Shown here one piece after another: positions 37,006 through 47,394 of a stretch of 64,000 bases of DNA. The translations under genes and the position numbers were made by a program. A model generated the notes under the pieces. That model was given only the letters and a program-made list of their open reading frames with translations. It searched no databases and was not told where the DNA came from. The first letter of the stretch is position 1. Each line of letters starts with the position of its first letter. The DNA comes from Chloroflexota bacterium (GTDB lineage: Bacteria > Chloroflexota > Dehalococcoidia > UBA2247 > RBG-13-53-26): contig VGOE01000002.1 of NCBI GenBank assembly GCA_016876035.1, positions 1,231-65,230 on the forward strand, read 5' to 3'.

Positions 37006-38454
37006 TCAGCCAGTAAAGCCGTCCTCAGATATCCTTCTCAAGATATCCCAGAAGGCCCCTCTGTAGCCTTGGCGTATGGCCTCCACCAGAAGGGTGTTCT
37101 GATTGTAGTTATAGTTCCTATCGCCACCCTCCGGAGGGCTCATGAGGAAGAACCGCTCATCGCCACCCACCAGATCGGACAGGTACTGCGCCGCGTTTTC
37201 GCCCAAGGCTGCTGAAAGGTAGAAGATAGGGGCGAAGAACCTCTCATTATTGGTGATGTTCCCTTTGAGGTTGGGATTAGTGGGCATTGGCCCCATTCTG
37301 CGAACCATGCTTGACAGCTTTGTACCAGGGAAGATGCGCACCCCCAGGGCAGCCCCCACCCGTGAAGGGGAGAGTTCCTTCATGACTTCCACCGTCTCCC
37401 GCAGAGTCTCCCGTGTCTCGCCCGGGCCTCCAAGCAGGAGGTCATACATGAAAACCAGACCCTGCTCATGACAGATAGCAGCCGTGCGCCGTATGTCTTC
37501 CACCTTGAAATCCCGGCCCAGGGTGTGCAGAATGTGGTCAACACCGCTGTCTACCCCAAAATTTATTCCCCGGCATCCCGCCCTTTGAAACAGCGCAGCC
37601 ATCTCCTGGGTGAAGGGAGTCGGGCTGCAGTAGGCATACCAGTGCAGCCTGTTCCCCAGTTGGCGCCGGGTGATTTCCAGGCAGACCTGCTCAGCATGTA
37701 GGGGCGGCAGGTTGAACTCGCTGTCACAGAAGTGGAAACAATCGATGTTCATTTGGAGAAGGGACTCCATCTCATCGACCACGCTTTCCGGGGAGCGCAA
37801 CCTCAACACTCTGCCCTTGGCTGGCGGGTCAGCGCAATAGATACAGCCTTTGTGGCAACCCCGCTTGCTCTCGATGCTTCCCATACCTCCCTCAACGAAG
37901 TAGCGATAGTTGTCCACGGCTGTTCTCGTGGGGGCAGAGGCACTGTTCAGGTCCACGTATGACGGCGGGTTACACCGAAACTCCTCACCAGCACGATATA
38001 CCAGGCCGGGGATGGACATGTAGTCCTCTCCCGATATCAGATTTCCCACCAGAAGGGGCAGGGGCCCTTCACCGTCACCGGTAATTCCTAGGTCAACCCC
38101 GCAATAGCGCAGGATGTCCTCTGGCATGACGGAAAAGGCTGAGCCTCCAATGATGACCGGCGCCGGTGTCCGCGTCCTGATATGATCGATTATCTGCTTG
38201 AAGCTGGGGAGGAAGAACTCCTGGCTGGCAAAAGAGGTGTCGTCGCTGTTGCGCAGGCTCACTCCCACGGCAGCCACCGAGTCATGAGCAAAATATGTAT
38301 CGATATCCCCTGCCCAATCGGGAGAGAAACAGAGGTCGAGCACGTCCACCTGAAACTGGTGCTGGGTAAGGGCATCGGCCAGATAGTCCAGGGCTATAGG
38401 AGCTACGGCCGGTTTCATTTGGTTGGGATTGACCAGCACTACCCTTTCGGTCAC
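37006..38454 (-). CDS. B12-binding-domain radical SAM protein
   Basis: It has an N-terminal B12-binding-like domain and the radical SAM cluster SKRGCHKGCIYC. Confidence 0.8.
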   Translation of the reverse strand: MTERVVLVNPNQMKPAVAPIALDYLADALTQHQFQVDVLDLCFSPDWAGDIDTYFAHDSVAAVGVSLRNSDDTSFASQEFFLPSFKQIIDHIRTRTPAPVIIGGSAFSVMPEDILRYCGVDLGITGDGEGPLPLLVGNLISGEDYMSIPGLVYRAGEEFRCNPPSYVDLNSASAPTRTAVDNYRYFVEGGMGSIESKRGCHKGCIYCADPPAKGRVLRLRSPESVVDEMESLLQMNIDCFHFCDSEFNLPPLHAEQVCLEITRRQLGNRLHWYAYCSPTPFTQEMAALFQRAGCRGINFGVDSGVDHILHTLGRDFKVEDIRRTAAICHEQGLVFMYDLLLGGPGETRETLRETVEVMKELSPSRVGAALGVRIFPGTKLSSMVRRMGPMPTNPNLKGNITNNERFFAPIFYLSAALGENAAQYLSDLVGGDERFFLMSPPEGGDRNYNYNQNTLLVEAIRQGYRGAFWDILRRISEDGFTG

Positions 38455-38457
38455 TAA

Positions 38458-40638
38458 TCAATCCCCCGTCTTGCCGGTCACATTGGCGATCTTCGGTGTC
38501 TGTGGCTCTTGCCGCATGGACAGGGAAATGCGCCCGCGGGCCTTGTCCACCTCCAGAACGGTGACCGTCACCTTCTGGTTGACCTTGACCACCTCGGTGG
38601 GGTCTTTCACAAAGCGATCGGCCAGGCGGCTGATGTGCACCAGCCCGTCCTGGTGGACGCCGATATCCACGAAGGCGCCAAACTTGGTCACGTTGGTGAC
38701 GATCCCCGGCAGCTTCATCCCCGGCACGAGGTCGTCCATGGTGTTGACACCCTCAGCAAAAGAAAATGTTTCAAACTTATCGCGCGGGTCACGACCGGGT
38801 CTCGCCAGCTCTTCCAGAATGTCGGTCAGCGTCGGAAGCCCCACTGTGTCACTGACATAGCGCTTCAGGTCGATCTGCTGTCGTAGTCCCTCGTTTCGCA
38901 TAAGGTCCTGTACAGTACAGCCCAGGTCTTGCGCCATGCGTTCAACGATGGGGTAGCTCTCTGGGTGAACGGCGCTGGCATCGAGCGGGTCTCCGCCACC
39001 GCGGATGCGCAGGAAGCCTGCTGCCTGTTCGAAGGCTTTCGGGCCAAGGCGGGGTATCTTCTTCAGGTCATCCCGGCTGCGGAAGGGGCCATTCTCATTG
39101 CGGTGGGCGACTATGTTCTTGGCTAAGGCAGGCCCAAGACCAGGGACGTAGGTGAGAAGCTCCTTGCTGGCCGTATTGACCTCTACGCCCACTCCACCCA
39201 CACAACTCATCACCACCTCATCCAGGCTGCCCTTCAGCTTACCCTGGTCAACATCATGCTGGTACTGTCCCACGCCGATGGACTTGGGGTCGATCTTCAC
39301 CAGCTCCGCCAGCGGGTCCATCAGCCGCCGCCCGATGGAGACTGCCCCGCGCACGGTGACATCCTCATCAGGGAACTCCTCCCTGGCCACCTGTGACGCG
39401 GAGTACACCGACGCACCACTCTCGTTCACCATTACCACCGGTATCGGCTTCGGCAGGTTCAGCCCACGCACGAAGGCCTCGGTCTCGCGGCTGGCAGTGC
39501 CGTTGCCGATAGCGATAGCCTCAACATGAAAGCGTTCCACCAGGCGCAGGATGGTCTTGGCTGCTTCCTCGGCTAGCTTGGCCGACTGCGTGATGAAGAT
39601 GGTGGTGTGGTCGAGGAGCTTGCCCTGCCGGTCGAGGCAAGCCACCTTGCAGCCCGTCCGGTAGCCAGGATCAATGGCCAGCACTGCTTTCTGCCCCAGG
39701 GGCGGCGCCATGAGGCACTGGCGCAGGTTCTGGGCAAAGACGCGGATGGCCTCGTCGTCGGCTCGCTCCTTGATTTCGTGGCGGACCTCTGTTTCCATAG
39801 ACGGCCCCAGCAGCCGTCCGTAGCTGTCCTCCACGGCCAGGGCGACCTGCTGGGAAGCAGGACCATGACCCTTCACAAAGCGTCCCAGCAAGAATTCCAG
39901 CGCCTCTTCTTCAGGAGGCCGTATGCTGAGTTTCAGATATCCTTCAGCTTCGCCCCGGAACATGGCCAGCACCCGATGGCTGGGGGCCTTAGGCACGGGG
40001 TCACGCCAGTCAAAATAATCGCGGTACTTAGCGCCTTCCTCTTCCTTGTCTTTTGCTGCTTTGGACTGGAGGGCGCCGTGTCGGGCAAAGTGCTGGCGCA
40101 TGGCCTGCCGCGTCTCGGCGTCTTCGTTCACCCACTCGGCAATGATATCGCGTGCCCCGGCAAGGGCATCGTCAGTTGAAGCAACACCCAGTTCAGCATT
40201 GACAAAGGGGGCGGCTTCCCGGAGCGGGTTGATGGTGTCTTCCTGGGTGAAAATCTTCTGTGCCAGAGGCTCCAGGCCCTTCTCACGGGCGACGGTGGCC
40301 CGGGTGCGGCGCTTGGGGCGGTAGGGGAGGTAGATATCCTCCAGCACGGCCAGGGTCGAGGCTTCTTCGATGGCGCTCCTTAGCTCGTCCGTAAGAAGCT
40401 CTCGTTCCTGGAGGGAATTCAGGATAACCTCGCGGCGCTTGTCCAGTGCGGCCAGTTGCGCCAGGCGATCCCGCGCTCTGGTAAGGGCTACCTCGTCTAG
40501 CGAACCGGTGCGCTCCTTGCGGTAGCGGGCGATGAAGGGAATAGTAGCCCCCTCAGCCAGCAACTCCTCGACGGCCCGCACGTGCTCTTCAGCGATCCCC
40601 AACTCGCTGGCAACCAGCGTCAAATGGGCTTCAGTCAT
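38458..40638 (-). CDS. tex: Tex-family RNA-binding transcription accessory protein
   Basis: The 726-aa protein has YqgF and HhH regions and a C-terminal S1 domain. Confidence 0.9.
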   Translation of the reverse strand: MTEAHLTLVASELGIAEEHVRAVEELLAEGATIPFIARYRKERTGSLDEVALTRARDRLAQLAALDKRREVILNSLQERELLTDELRSAIEEASTLAVLEDIYLPYRPKRRTRATVAREKGLEPLAQKIFTQEDTINPLREAAPFVNAELGVASTDDALAGARDIIAEWVNEDAETRQAMRQHFARHGALQSKAAKDKEEEGAKYRDYFDWRDPVPKAPSHRVLAMFRGEAEGYLKLSIRPPEEEALEFLLGRFVKGHGPASQQVALAVEDSYGRLLGPSMETEVRHEIKERADDEAIRVFAQNLRQCLMAPPLGQKAVLAIDPGYRTGCKVACLDRQGKLLDHTTIFITQSAKLAEEAAKTILRLVERFHVEAIAIGNGTASRETEAFVRGLNLPKPIPVVMVNESGASVYSASQVAREEFPDEDVTVRGAVSIGRRLMDPLAELVKIDPKSIGVGQYQHDVDQGKLKGSLDEVVMSCVGGVGVEVNTASKELLTYVPGLGPALAKNIVAHRNENGPFRSRDDLKKIPRLGPKAFEQAAGFLRIRGGGDPLDASAVHPESYPIVERMAQDLGCTVQDLMRNEGLRQQIDLKRYVSDTVGLPTLTDILEELARPGRDPRDKFETFSFAEGVNTMDDLVPGMKLPGIVTNVTKFGAFVDIGVHQDGLVHISRLADRFVKDPTEVVKVNQKVTVTVLEVDKARGRISLSMRQEPQTPKIANVTGKTGD

Positions 40639-40755
40639 AGTATCATTTCCCTTGCGCCCTTGTGGGGAGCCATAGTGGTTTCATACAGGCTGGCCTTACT
40701 GGAAACAATTGTAGACTATCGGCTTCGGCCGTTTCAATTTGGGGGTGGGGTAGTA

Positions 40756-40794
40756 GGGTGGGTGTAGTCCTTCCCGAGAAAGGCTACACCCACC
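40756..40794. repeat. Strong 13-bp stem hairpin (GGTGGGTGTAG(T)CC / GGCTACACCCACC), with a partial upstream duplication of the arm
   Basis: Read directly from the sequence: perfect 11-bp arms plus 2 bp, with loop TTCCCGAGAAA. It lies in the ackA-tex intergenic region. No T-tract follows on the minus strand. Confidence 0.4.
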
Positions 40795-40909
40795 ATTATC
40801 TCATTCCAAATCCATTCCCACAGGGTCTGTGCCCACCGTGTGCCCTCAGCTCTCAGGATAAACACCCATCTCATTCCACCCACCCTACATTGACTTGCAG
40901 ACCCACCCC

Positions 40910-42124
40910 TTATCTCTGGCGTTGGCTCAGACACCACACAGTATCGCGGGCAATGATCAGTGCCTCATCGACCGGGGTGACGTAGACATGGACTGTGGCA
41001 TCATCGGCGCTGATCTTTCCCTCAATGCCTATTATAGCAGCGTTTCGGTCGCCGTCTATTTTCAGCCCACACCAGTCCATACCGGCACAGATGCGGTCTC
41101 GTACCTCGGGTGAGTTTTCACCAATGCCGCCGCCAAATACGACCGCGTCTGCTGTGCCAAGGACAGCCATGTAGGCACCTATGTACTTGCGTACGCGGTA
41201 AGAAAACATCTCCACGGCCAGGGCGGCGCCGGCATTCCCCTGTCGTGCCGCTTCCAGGATTTCCCGCATATCTCGAGATACGCCCGATACCCCCAGGAGA
41301 CCCGACCTCAGGTTGAGCCAGCCTTCCACCTCCTCATTTTTCACACCCTCCTTGCGGGCCAGGAAGCCCGCTAGCGATGGATCAACATCTCCCGAACGCG
41401 TCCCCATCATCAACCCCTCCAGCGGGGTAAACCCCATGGAGGTGTCCACCGAACACCCCCCATCAACTGCCGTGACCGAACAACCATTCCCCAGTTGCAG
41501 CGTTATTAGCTTCGCCTGCCGCAAATCTCTGGACGCAAGGGCAGCATACCGTTCGGCCATATAGCGGTGGGCCAGCCCGTGGAACCCGTAGCGCCGTATG
41601 CGATGCTTTGCTGCCAGTTCCTGAGGAATAGCGTAGCGGGAGGCGAGCTCGGACATAGTAGAGTGAAAGGCAGTATCGAAGACGGCCACCATAGGTACAG
41701 AGGGGCCGAGGGCGGCCCGGGCAGCTCGAATTGCCATCAGCGATGGTTCGTTATGCAGTGGCGCCAAGTCGCTGAGAGCCTCGATAGCGCTGATGACCTC
41801 GTCATCAATAAAGATCGGCTCTAGAAAGCGGTCCCCGCCGTGCACTACCCTGTGCCCCACCGCCCCAAGCCCAGGCTTATAGAGGCCTGTGGAGCCCAAC
41901 CAGCGAAGCGCCAGCCGGGCTGCTTCGCCGTGGTCGGCCACATCCGCCGCCTTTTCGAGCCCGCCATTCCTGGCTGCGAATTTCAAGGCGGCACGGCCGC
42001 CGATTCTATCGACAGTGCCACGGGCCAGCCGCTGCTCCGGGCTGCGGGGTTCACCCTCCCCCACCATCTCCAGGAGATCGAACTTCAGTGTCGAACTGCC
42101 GCAGTTGATAGCCAGAACTCTCAT
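40910..42124 (-). CDS. ackA: Acetate (propionate) kinase
   Basis: The N-terminus is MRVLAINCGSSTLKF, and ASKHA-fold motifs are present. Confidence 0.85.
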   Translation of the reverse strand: MRVLAINCGSSTLKFDLLEMVGEGEPRSPEQRLARGTVDRIGGRAALKFAARNGGLEKAADVADHGEAARLALRWLGSTGLYKPGLGAVGHRVVHGGDRFLEPIFIDDEVISAIEALSDLAPLHNEPSLMAIRAARAALGPSVPMVAVFDTAFHSTMSELASRYAIPQELAAKHRIRRYGFHGLAHRYMAERYAALASRDLRQAKLITLQLGNGCSVTAVDGGCSVDTSMGFTPLEGLMMGTRSGDVDPSLAGFLARKEGVKNEEVEGWLNLRSGLLGVSGVSRDMREILEAARQGNAGAALAVEMFSYRVRKYIGAYMAVLGTADAVVFGGGIGENSPEVRDRICAGMDWCGLKIDGDRNAAIIGIEGKISADDATVHVYVTPVDEALIIARDTVWCLSQRQR

Positions 42125-42185
42125 CCCTCTCCGTTTTTGGTCGTTATCAGGGTATCTACCTGCTTTCTTTTCGCGGCCCTACGTT

Positions 42186-43919
42186 TCAAAGCCGTGAGTG
42201 GCGCTCTATCACCAGCCGGTATGCGTTTCTGACGTACTGGGAGACCATACGCTGGGCGTTGAAAAACGAGCCGTTTATGGCGATGGCTGAGCGCATGATT
42301 TCGGTAAAAGCCTCCGGCCTTTTGTAGAAAGCTGGCAATATCAGATACTCCAGTTTGTCGTAGAGTGAGGCTGTCTCCAGGACAGAGTCACTGGCCGAGT
42401 GCCAACTGTCGCCAATCGACCATCCAGTCACCCCTTCCAGGTGCCCCTCAATCCACCAGCCATCCAGTATGCTCAAGCTGGGCACTCCATTAAGTGCAGC
42501 CTTCATCCCGCTTGTCCCGGAAGCCTCCTGGGGCTTCTGTGGAGTATTTACCCACAAATCCACGCCAGCACAAAGGTGCTTGGCGACAGACATATCATAG
42601 TCCTCTAGATACACGACAGGCATAACGTCCCCGATGGCATACGCAGCTTCAAAAACTCGACGGATGACTTCTTTGCCACCTTCATCGCGGGGATGGGCTT
42701 TGCCTCCGTAAATGATCTGCAATGGACCCGCCTGACGTGCTATTCTCTTGAGGCGTTCTATATCGGAGAGTAACAGGTCGGCCCTCTTATAACTTGTGGC
42801 GCGTCTGGCAAAACCGAGTGTCATCAGAGAAGGCTCCAGGCGGACGCCAGTTCGCCGCTCTACTTCAGCCAACAGCTCTTGTTTTGCCTCGGCGTGAGCC
42901 TGACGGATTTCTTGGGGTGGAATACTTATCGCGTATCGCAGGTAGTGGTTATCGTTGCGCCATTCGGGGATATACCTGTCGTAGATGCGCTGGAAAGGCG
43001 CGGCTGTCCAGGTAACAGCGTGTACCCCATTGGTAATAGAGTCGACAGGATAGTTAGGATACATGCCACGAGAGATCTCCCCGTGGCGCATGGCGACGCC
43101 GTTGATGTAGCGGGAAAAATACAAGGCGAGATAGGTCATGTTCAGCGTGCCCATGGGGCAGCAATCGGCGCCTCTAAGAGCGTTGGCCTCCGCTTCTCCC
43201 ATTACCCGTTGCACCAGATCAAGGGGGAAGTTATCATGGCCTGCTGGCACCGGGGTGTGTGTGGTGAATACGCATTTCTGGCGGATTGCCTGTCTATGTG
43301 CTGCGCTGGCAGCCTTCAGACCACCGCCTTTAGTCCGCTCATGCAATAATGCTAGAGCGAGCAGAGCAGAGTGTCCCTCGTTCATGTGGAAGGTTCGTAT
43401 CCTGGTATGTCCTGCGGCACGTAGCATCGCCACACCTCCCAAACCCAATATCACCTCCTGACACAGGCGATAGCGGTCATCGCCTCCGTAGAGGTAGTCG
43501 GTGAGGGCCTGGTCTGAGGGGCTGTTCTCCGGAAGAGCCGTGTCCAGGAAGTACACCGGCACAACGTGGCCGGACACACCGCTTATGAAATGGCACCAGG
43601 CTCGTATGAACACCTGTCGCCCTTCGATGTTGACCGAAACACGTGGCTTTATTGGTCGCAGAACCCCTTCTGGAGACCATTCGCAAGGGCTCTCGGTCTG
43701 GTTGCCGTGGGCATCAAGACGCTGGCAGAAATAACCCTTGCGGTGCAATAGCGTCACTCCAACCATTGGTACACCCAGGTCAGCCGCGGCACGCAGGGTG
43801 TCTCCTGCTAAGATACCGAGGCCGCCGCTGTAGGTAGGCATGCTGGGGTCAATACCTACTTCCATTGAGAAATATGCAATCAATGGTGAAGGAACCGCCG
43901 TTTTGGATGCTCTTGCCAT
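42186..43919 (-). CDS. Alpha-glucan (glycogen/maltodextrin) phosphorylase, GT35 short form
   Basis: The N-terminus is FSMEVGIDPSMPTYSGGLGILAGD, and there is a PLP-lysine region (GGKAHP). Confidence 0.8.
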   Translation of the reverse strand: MARASKTAVPSPLIAYFSMEVGIDPSMPTYSGGLGILAGDTLRAAADLGVPMVGVTLLHRKGYFCQRLDAHGNQTESPCEWSPEGVLRPIKPRVSVNIEGRQVFIRAWCHFISGVSGHVVPVYFLDTALPENSPSDQALTDYLYGGDDRYRLCQEVILGLGGVAMLRAAGHTRIRTFHMNEGHSALLALALLHERTKGGGLKAASAAHRQAIRQKCVFTTHTPVPAGHDNFPLDLVQRVMGEAEANALRGADCCPMGTLNMTYLALYFSRYINGVAMRHGEISRGMYPNYPVDSITNGVHAVTWTAAPFQRIYDRYIPEWRNDNHYLRYAISIPPQEIRQAHAEAKQELLAEVERRTGVRLEPSLMTLGFARRATSYKRADLLLSDIERLKRIARQAGPLQIIYGGKAHPRDEGGKEVIRRVFEAAYAIGDVMPVVYLEDYDMSVAKHLCAGVDLWVNTPQKPQEASGTSGMKAALNGVPSLSILDGWWIEGHLEGVTGWSIGDSWHSASDSVLETASLYDKLEYLILPAFYKRPEAFTEIMRSAIAINGSFFNAQRMVSQYVRNAYRLVIERHSRL

Positions 43920-43938
43920 CAGAAATGCTCCTCCATCG

Positions 43939-46410
43939 TTATACTATCACTCCCTCCGGAGATGCTTTGCCGTCAAGGGCTGCCAGTTCCTGGGCTGTCA
44001 ACACGGCTTCACGGGATATACCCAGCACTCTCGCCGTTTCCGCCAGGATGTGGGCCCAAGTGCAACGGTTCACAAACAGCATCCCTGGAACATTCAGAGT
44101 CCCACCACGGTTTATGAAGCCCAGCGCTGTAGTTCGCTCACTGCCAGTGTGAAGCGGCTGTAACGTGCCAAGCAGTGGCTCCGGACGGGTATGGGTCACG
44201 AATATGCGGGCTGGCACGGAGCTTGGATAAAGCTCCGCCTTCAGTTTGGTGGGTGCTACGTGAGCGCTTTCACCCTTGCTGCGAGGCTGGCGGAATCTGC
44301 CGGGTTCCAGCATATAGACAACGGAATGAGGCACCTGCCGCGCCTTTAGCCTTTCCGATGCTCTTATCACCTCCTCCAACTGGTAGGCCCCAATAGCGGT
44401 AAGCACTACCTGCTGTTGCGCCAGTTCGTAGCAAGTCCAGTCCAGCCTCAGGGCGCCCTGATCAAGAAGGCGGATGGCTTCGTCACCGGTGAAAAGGTCA
44501 GGTATCACGTCGATCTTGGGCACCACCAAAGTCCAGATCTGCCCGTGCGTTTGATAGAGGTTCTGCATGACGACAGCAGCCGTGTTGTAATCAGGCACGA
44601 ATAGAACCCGGGACACATCCGAAGGCTCGCCCAGCATAGCCTCGGCCATGGAAGGATCCTGGTGTGAGCGCTCATTCTTGGCGTTTTCCCAGGTGTGGGA
44701 GGTGAGCACCAGGGGTATGGAAAGCCAGCCCTGGGGACGTCCAGCCTCATTGTATTCGTCGATGAATATGATCTCCTGGCGCATGACACCGTGCATTTTG
44801 GTACCGAAGGCTTCATAAGTGTGGATGAAGTTGATGCCGCCCTTATTGGCTACAGCCGCAGAGGCTACTGCCTCCTCGTTCAGGACAGTGATGACCGTGC
44901 CGTGAATGTCTTCGGGAATACCCGGCTCGGGGTCAGTCACGCGGAATTTTAGATGCTCCAGGGTCTTAATCATCCGGTTAGAGCGCATCTCGTCTGGATT
45001 ACCTACCCGGGGTCGAAGGTGAGGGTTGGCCTGAACTATGGCCAGGAACATGGCATCCACGGCATACATAGGAGAGGTTCTGCCCCACAGAGAGCGATCC
45101 TGGCGGTTGTCAGGCACCGGCCGTAGAGTTGGAGACGGGACATGCTCTAGCTGCACCTTGCGGTATGCCAGGGAATGGTCTCGCTCGCGGGGTCGGTTGG
45201 AGGCCTCATGCTTCTGAAACCTGTTGATGCTGTCTTTAAGTTCGCCCAGAGGCACCCAGAGCTTTCTGGCACTATCATTGAACCGCTGGGCGGCAACGGG
45301 GTCAGTGTGGGGGTTTGACATTAGAGGGAGGTTGTGAGCGAGGTTCGTCCCCTCACCGTAGAACCCGGCACCTTTCGGCGCGACAGCAATGCCATAGGGT
45401 AAGGGGGCCGGATAACGCTCTCCCTGAGACCGGATTGCTTCGCCAGCGGCTTCCAGCCGCCCTTCCATCTCAAATATAGCCCAGGCGAAAGCGGCTGGGT
45501 CTCTGCCATCAAAGACGATGGGGTCAAAACCGTTGAGTCTCAGGTGCTCTACAAACCAGTCCACATCCCCTTGTTGGGACAGCGTGGTTCTCTGGTCAAT
45601 ACGCCGTCCGTTTTTTATCATGATAGGCGTTGCTAGGCCGCAGTCCTCAGCCCTCCACCAGCGGGGTATCCAGTCACTTCCTCTTTGCTCTTCAAAGGCA
45701 CCGTCACTGAGAAAGACCACGAGCCTTTCCCCGGGAAGAGGCATGTGGATATACTGGAGCTCCACCAGGCCAAGGTAGCCACCCTCCGCCATGCCGCCGG
45801 CTGTATAGGCATTTACATGGCTGCCGAGAGGAGAGTCTTGCCTGCCATCGTCAGTCAGGCGGTACGAGTAGAAATCCCGAACGTATTTGGTGAGGCCTTC
45901 ATCGGTAAGGGAGTAGCGCTGGGCATGCTCCTTCCACATGTTGTCCAGGAGCAGGTTGACCGTATCACTGGCGGCAACGCAGTGCCCTTGCCCCATAATC
46001 CACGACCGAGTCATGCCGGTTATGACATTAATAGCCATGTAACCTACGTAGGCAGGCACCATATTCAGAACGCCCCCCGTGTGCCCCTCGGGGGCAGGTT
46101 TGAAATCGTCTGGCCCTAGGTCACGCCCGTCGAGATATACATTACGGGCATAGGTCTCGTGCACTGCAATCCACATGGCGGCATTGGCTACCCGGTCTGC
46201 GGCATACAGCAGATTGAATAGTGGCACGCCATCCCCTTTTACTCCCTTGATGGCAAGTCGCTCGGCCATGTTGAAGACTCGCTCCTGGGTCTCGATGGTA
46301 TGGGCAATCGGTCCATACCCTGCCGCCCACTTGTCTGCTGCGGGATTCCTCTTCCGGTAGAGGTCTACCCATTCTTTCGTTCTTACCATTTCTGCTGCTG
46401 TTGAGTTCAT
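43939..46410 (-). CDS. Phosphoketolase (xylulose-5-P / fructose-6-P phosphoketolase)
   Basis: The 823-aa protein has the typical XFP length and TPP-enzyme N-terminal motifs (EGHTGG, GHCVAASD). Confidence 0.85.
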   Translation of the reverse strand: MNSTAAEMVRTKEWVDLYRKRNPAADKWAAGYGPIAHTIETQERVFNMAERLAIKGVKGDGVPLFNLLYAADRVANAAMWIAVHETYARNVYLDGRDLGPDDFKPAPEGHTGGVLNMVPAYVGYMAINVITGMTRSWIMGQGHCVAASDTVNLLLDNMWKEHAQRYSLTDEGLTKYVRDFYSYRLTDDGRQDSPLGSHVNAYTAGGMAEGGYLGLVELQYIHMPLPGERLVVFLSDGAFEEQRGSDWIPRWWRAEDCGLATPIMIKNGRRIDQRTTLSQQGDVDWFVEHLRLNGFDPIVFDGRDPAAFAWAIFEMEGRLEAAGEAIRSQGERYPAPLPYGIAVAPKGAGFYGEGTNLAHNLPLMSNPHTDPVAAQRFNDSARKLWVPLGELKDSINRFQKHEASNRPRERDHSLAYRKVQLEHVPSPTLRPVPDNRQDRSLWGRTSPMYAVDAMFLAIVQANPHLRPRVGNPDEMRSNRMIKTLEHLKFRVTDPEPGIPEDIHGTVITVLNEEAVASAAVANKGGINFIHTYEAFGTKMHGVMRQEIIFIDEYNEAGRPQGWLSIPLVLTSHTWENAKNERSHQDPSMAEAMLGEPSDVSRVLFVPDYNTAAVVMQNLYQTHGQIWTLVVPKIDVIPDLFTGDEAIRLLDQGALRLDWTCYELAQQQVVLTAIGAYQLEEVIRASERLKARQVPHSVVYMLEPGRFRQPRSKGESAHVAPTKLKAELYPSSVPARIFVTHTRPEPLLGTLQPLHTGSERTTALGFINRGGTLNVPGMLFVNRCTWAHILAETARVLGISREAVLTAQELAALDGKASPEGVIV

Positions 46411-46440
46411 TTCTGTTCTCCTCCCTGGTTTGTGGGATAC

Positions 46441-47004
46441 TCACTTCACCTCAGACTCCTCTTCTTTTCTTAGCGTATCCAGGACTTTTCTGGCTGCCAA
46501 AGGCACCTCTATGCCAGGCTGAACACCATCCAGCGCATCCAATACCGGCTGTACCGTGGCTCTAAGACTCCTCTGAGCTAGAGTACGGAGTACGAGGTAT
46601 GCCCCTTGACGAAGCCATTGAGCATCGGCATGCTTCATCAGTTCAGCTAGCAAGGGTTTCAATGCATCACGCCCTAGGCCAATCAATGCCTCTGCTGCCA
46701 ACCAGCGCACGGCAAATTCTTTGTCTCGCAAAGCGCCCACCAGTGCTTCGGCTGCCACTGGATCGGCAATCTGTCCCAGGGCCTTGGCCGCCTCCCAGCG
46801 CACCCAGAGCTTACGGCTTCTTAACGCCTCGATCAGCGGGCCCACAGCCGGTTTCCCGATAGATACCAGACTGAGGCGAGCTTTCTGGCATGTTTCCACA
46901 TCGGCACAATCCATGCCACCGATCAATCTAGGGATGGCAGTGTGGTCAGCTTCATCGACCTGAACCACATTGTTCTGGTCAACGGCATCCTTGGACTTGT
47001 TCAT
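46441..47004 (-). CDS. HEAT-repeat protein (PBS-lyase-like HEAT repeats), first gene of the phosphoketolase operon
   Basis: Repeats include VRWEAAKALGQIADPVAAEALVGALRD and VRWLAAEALIGLG. Confidence 0.6.
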   Translation of the reverse strand: MNKSKDAVDQNNVVQVDEADHTAIPRLIGGMDCADVETCQKARLSLVSIGKPAVGPLIEALRSRKLWVRWEAAKALGQIADPVAAEALVGALRDKEFAVRWLAAEALIGLGRDALKPLLAELMKHADAQWLRQGAYLVLRTLAQRSLRATVQPVLDALDGVQPGIEVPLAARKVLDTLRKEEESEVK

Positions 47005-47394
47005 GGTTCCTCCTTAAGTAGTTCACTGGGTCGGCAATCGAGATTGCTTCTGTCTCCTGCTCAGTGTGATCACGGCGTCTGCTTTCACCTAGCCGACGCT
47101 ATCTGGCACAAGCCCGATTTGCTCCTGGGCGCAATGGCTCCGGTTAGGCCAGCCTAACCTCGGTCAAAAACCATGATAGCGACTTTGAGCTAAAAAAGTT
47201 GTGAAATTAGAGCCAGGAATCTTGCAAAGTTATGACATTATGCTTAGATGACCACAATCTACCGAAATGCGGCGTTGGCCTCACGCGCTCAGCCAACCAA
47301 TGACAAAACAAGCGGCTTCAGCTCCGCCTCAGCAAAATCAATGATTGCGCCGGACAAGGGTCAAATAGGCAGCCTGCTACTACAGGACTCTCGC

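Noticed and set aside
47005-47394. A hairpin GGTTAGG-CCAGC-CCTAACC in the spacer between the oxidoreductase and HEAT genes as a possible terminator
   Set aside because: No U-tract follows on the minus (coding) strand. The hairpin is short, at 7 bp, and it is not positioned directly after the stop codon.
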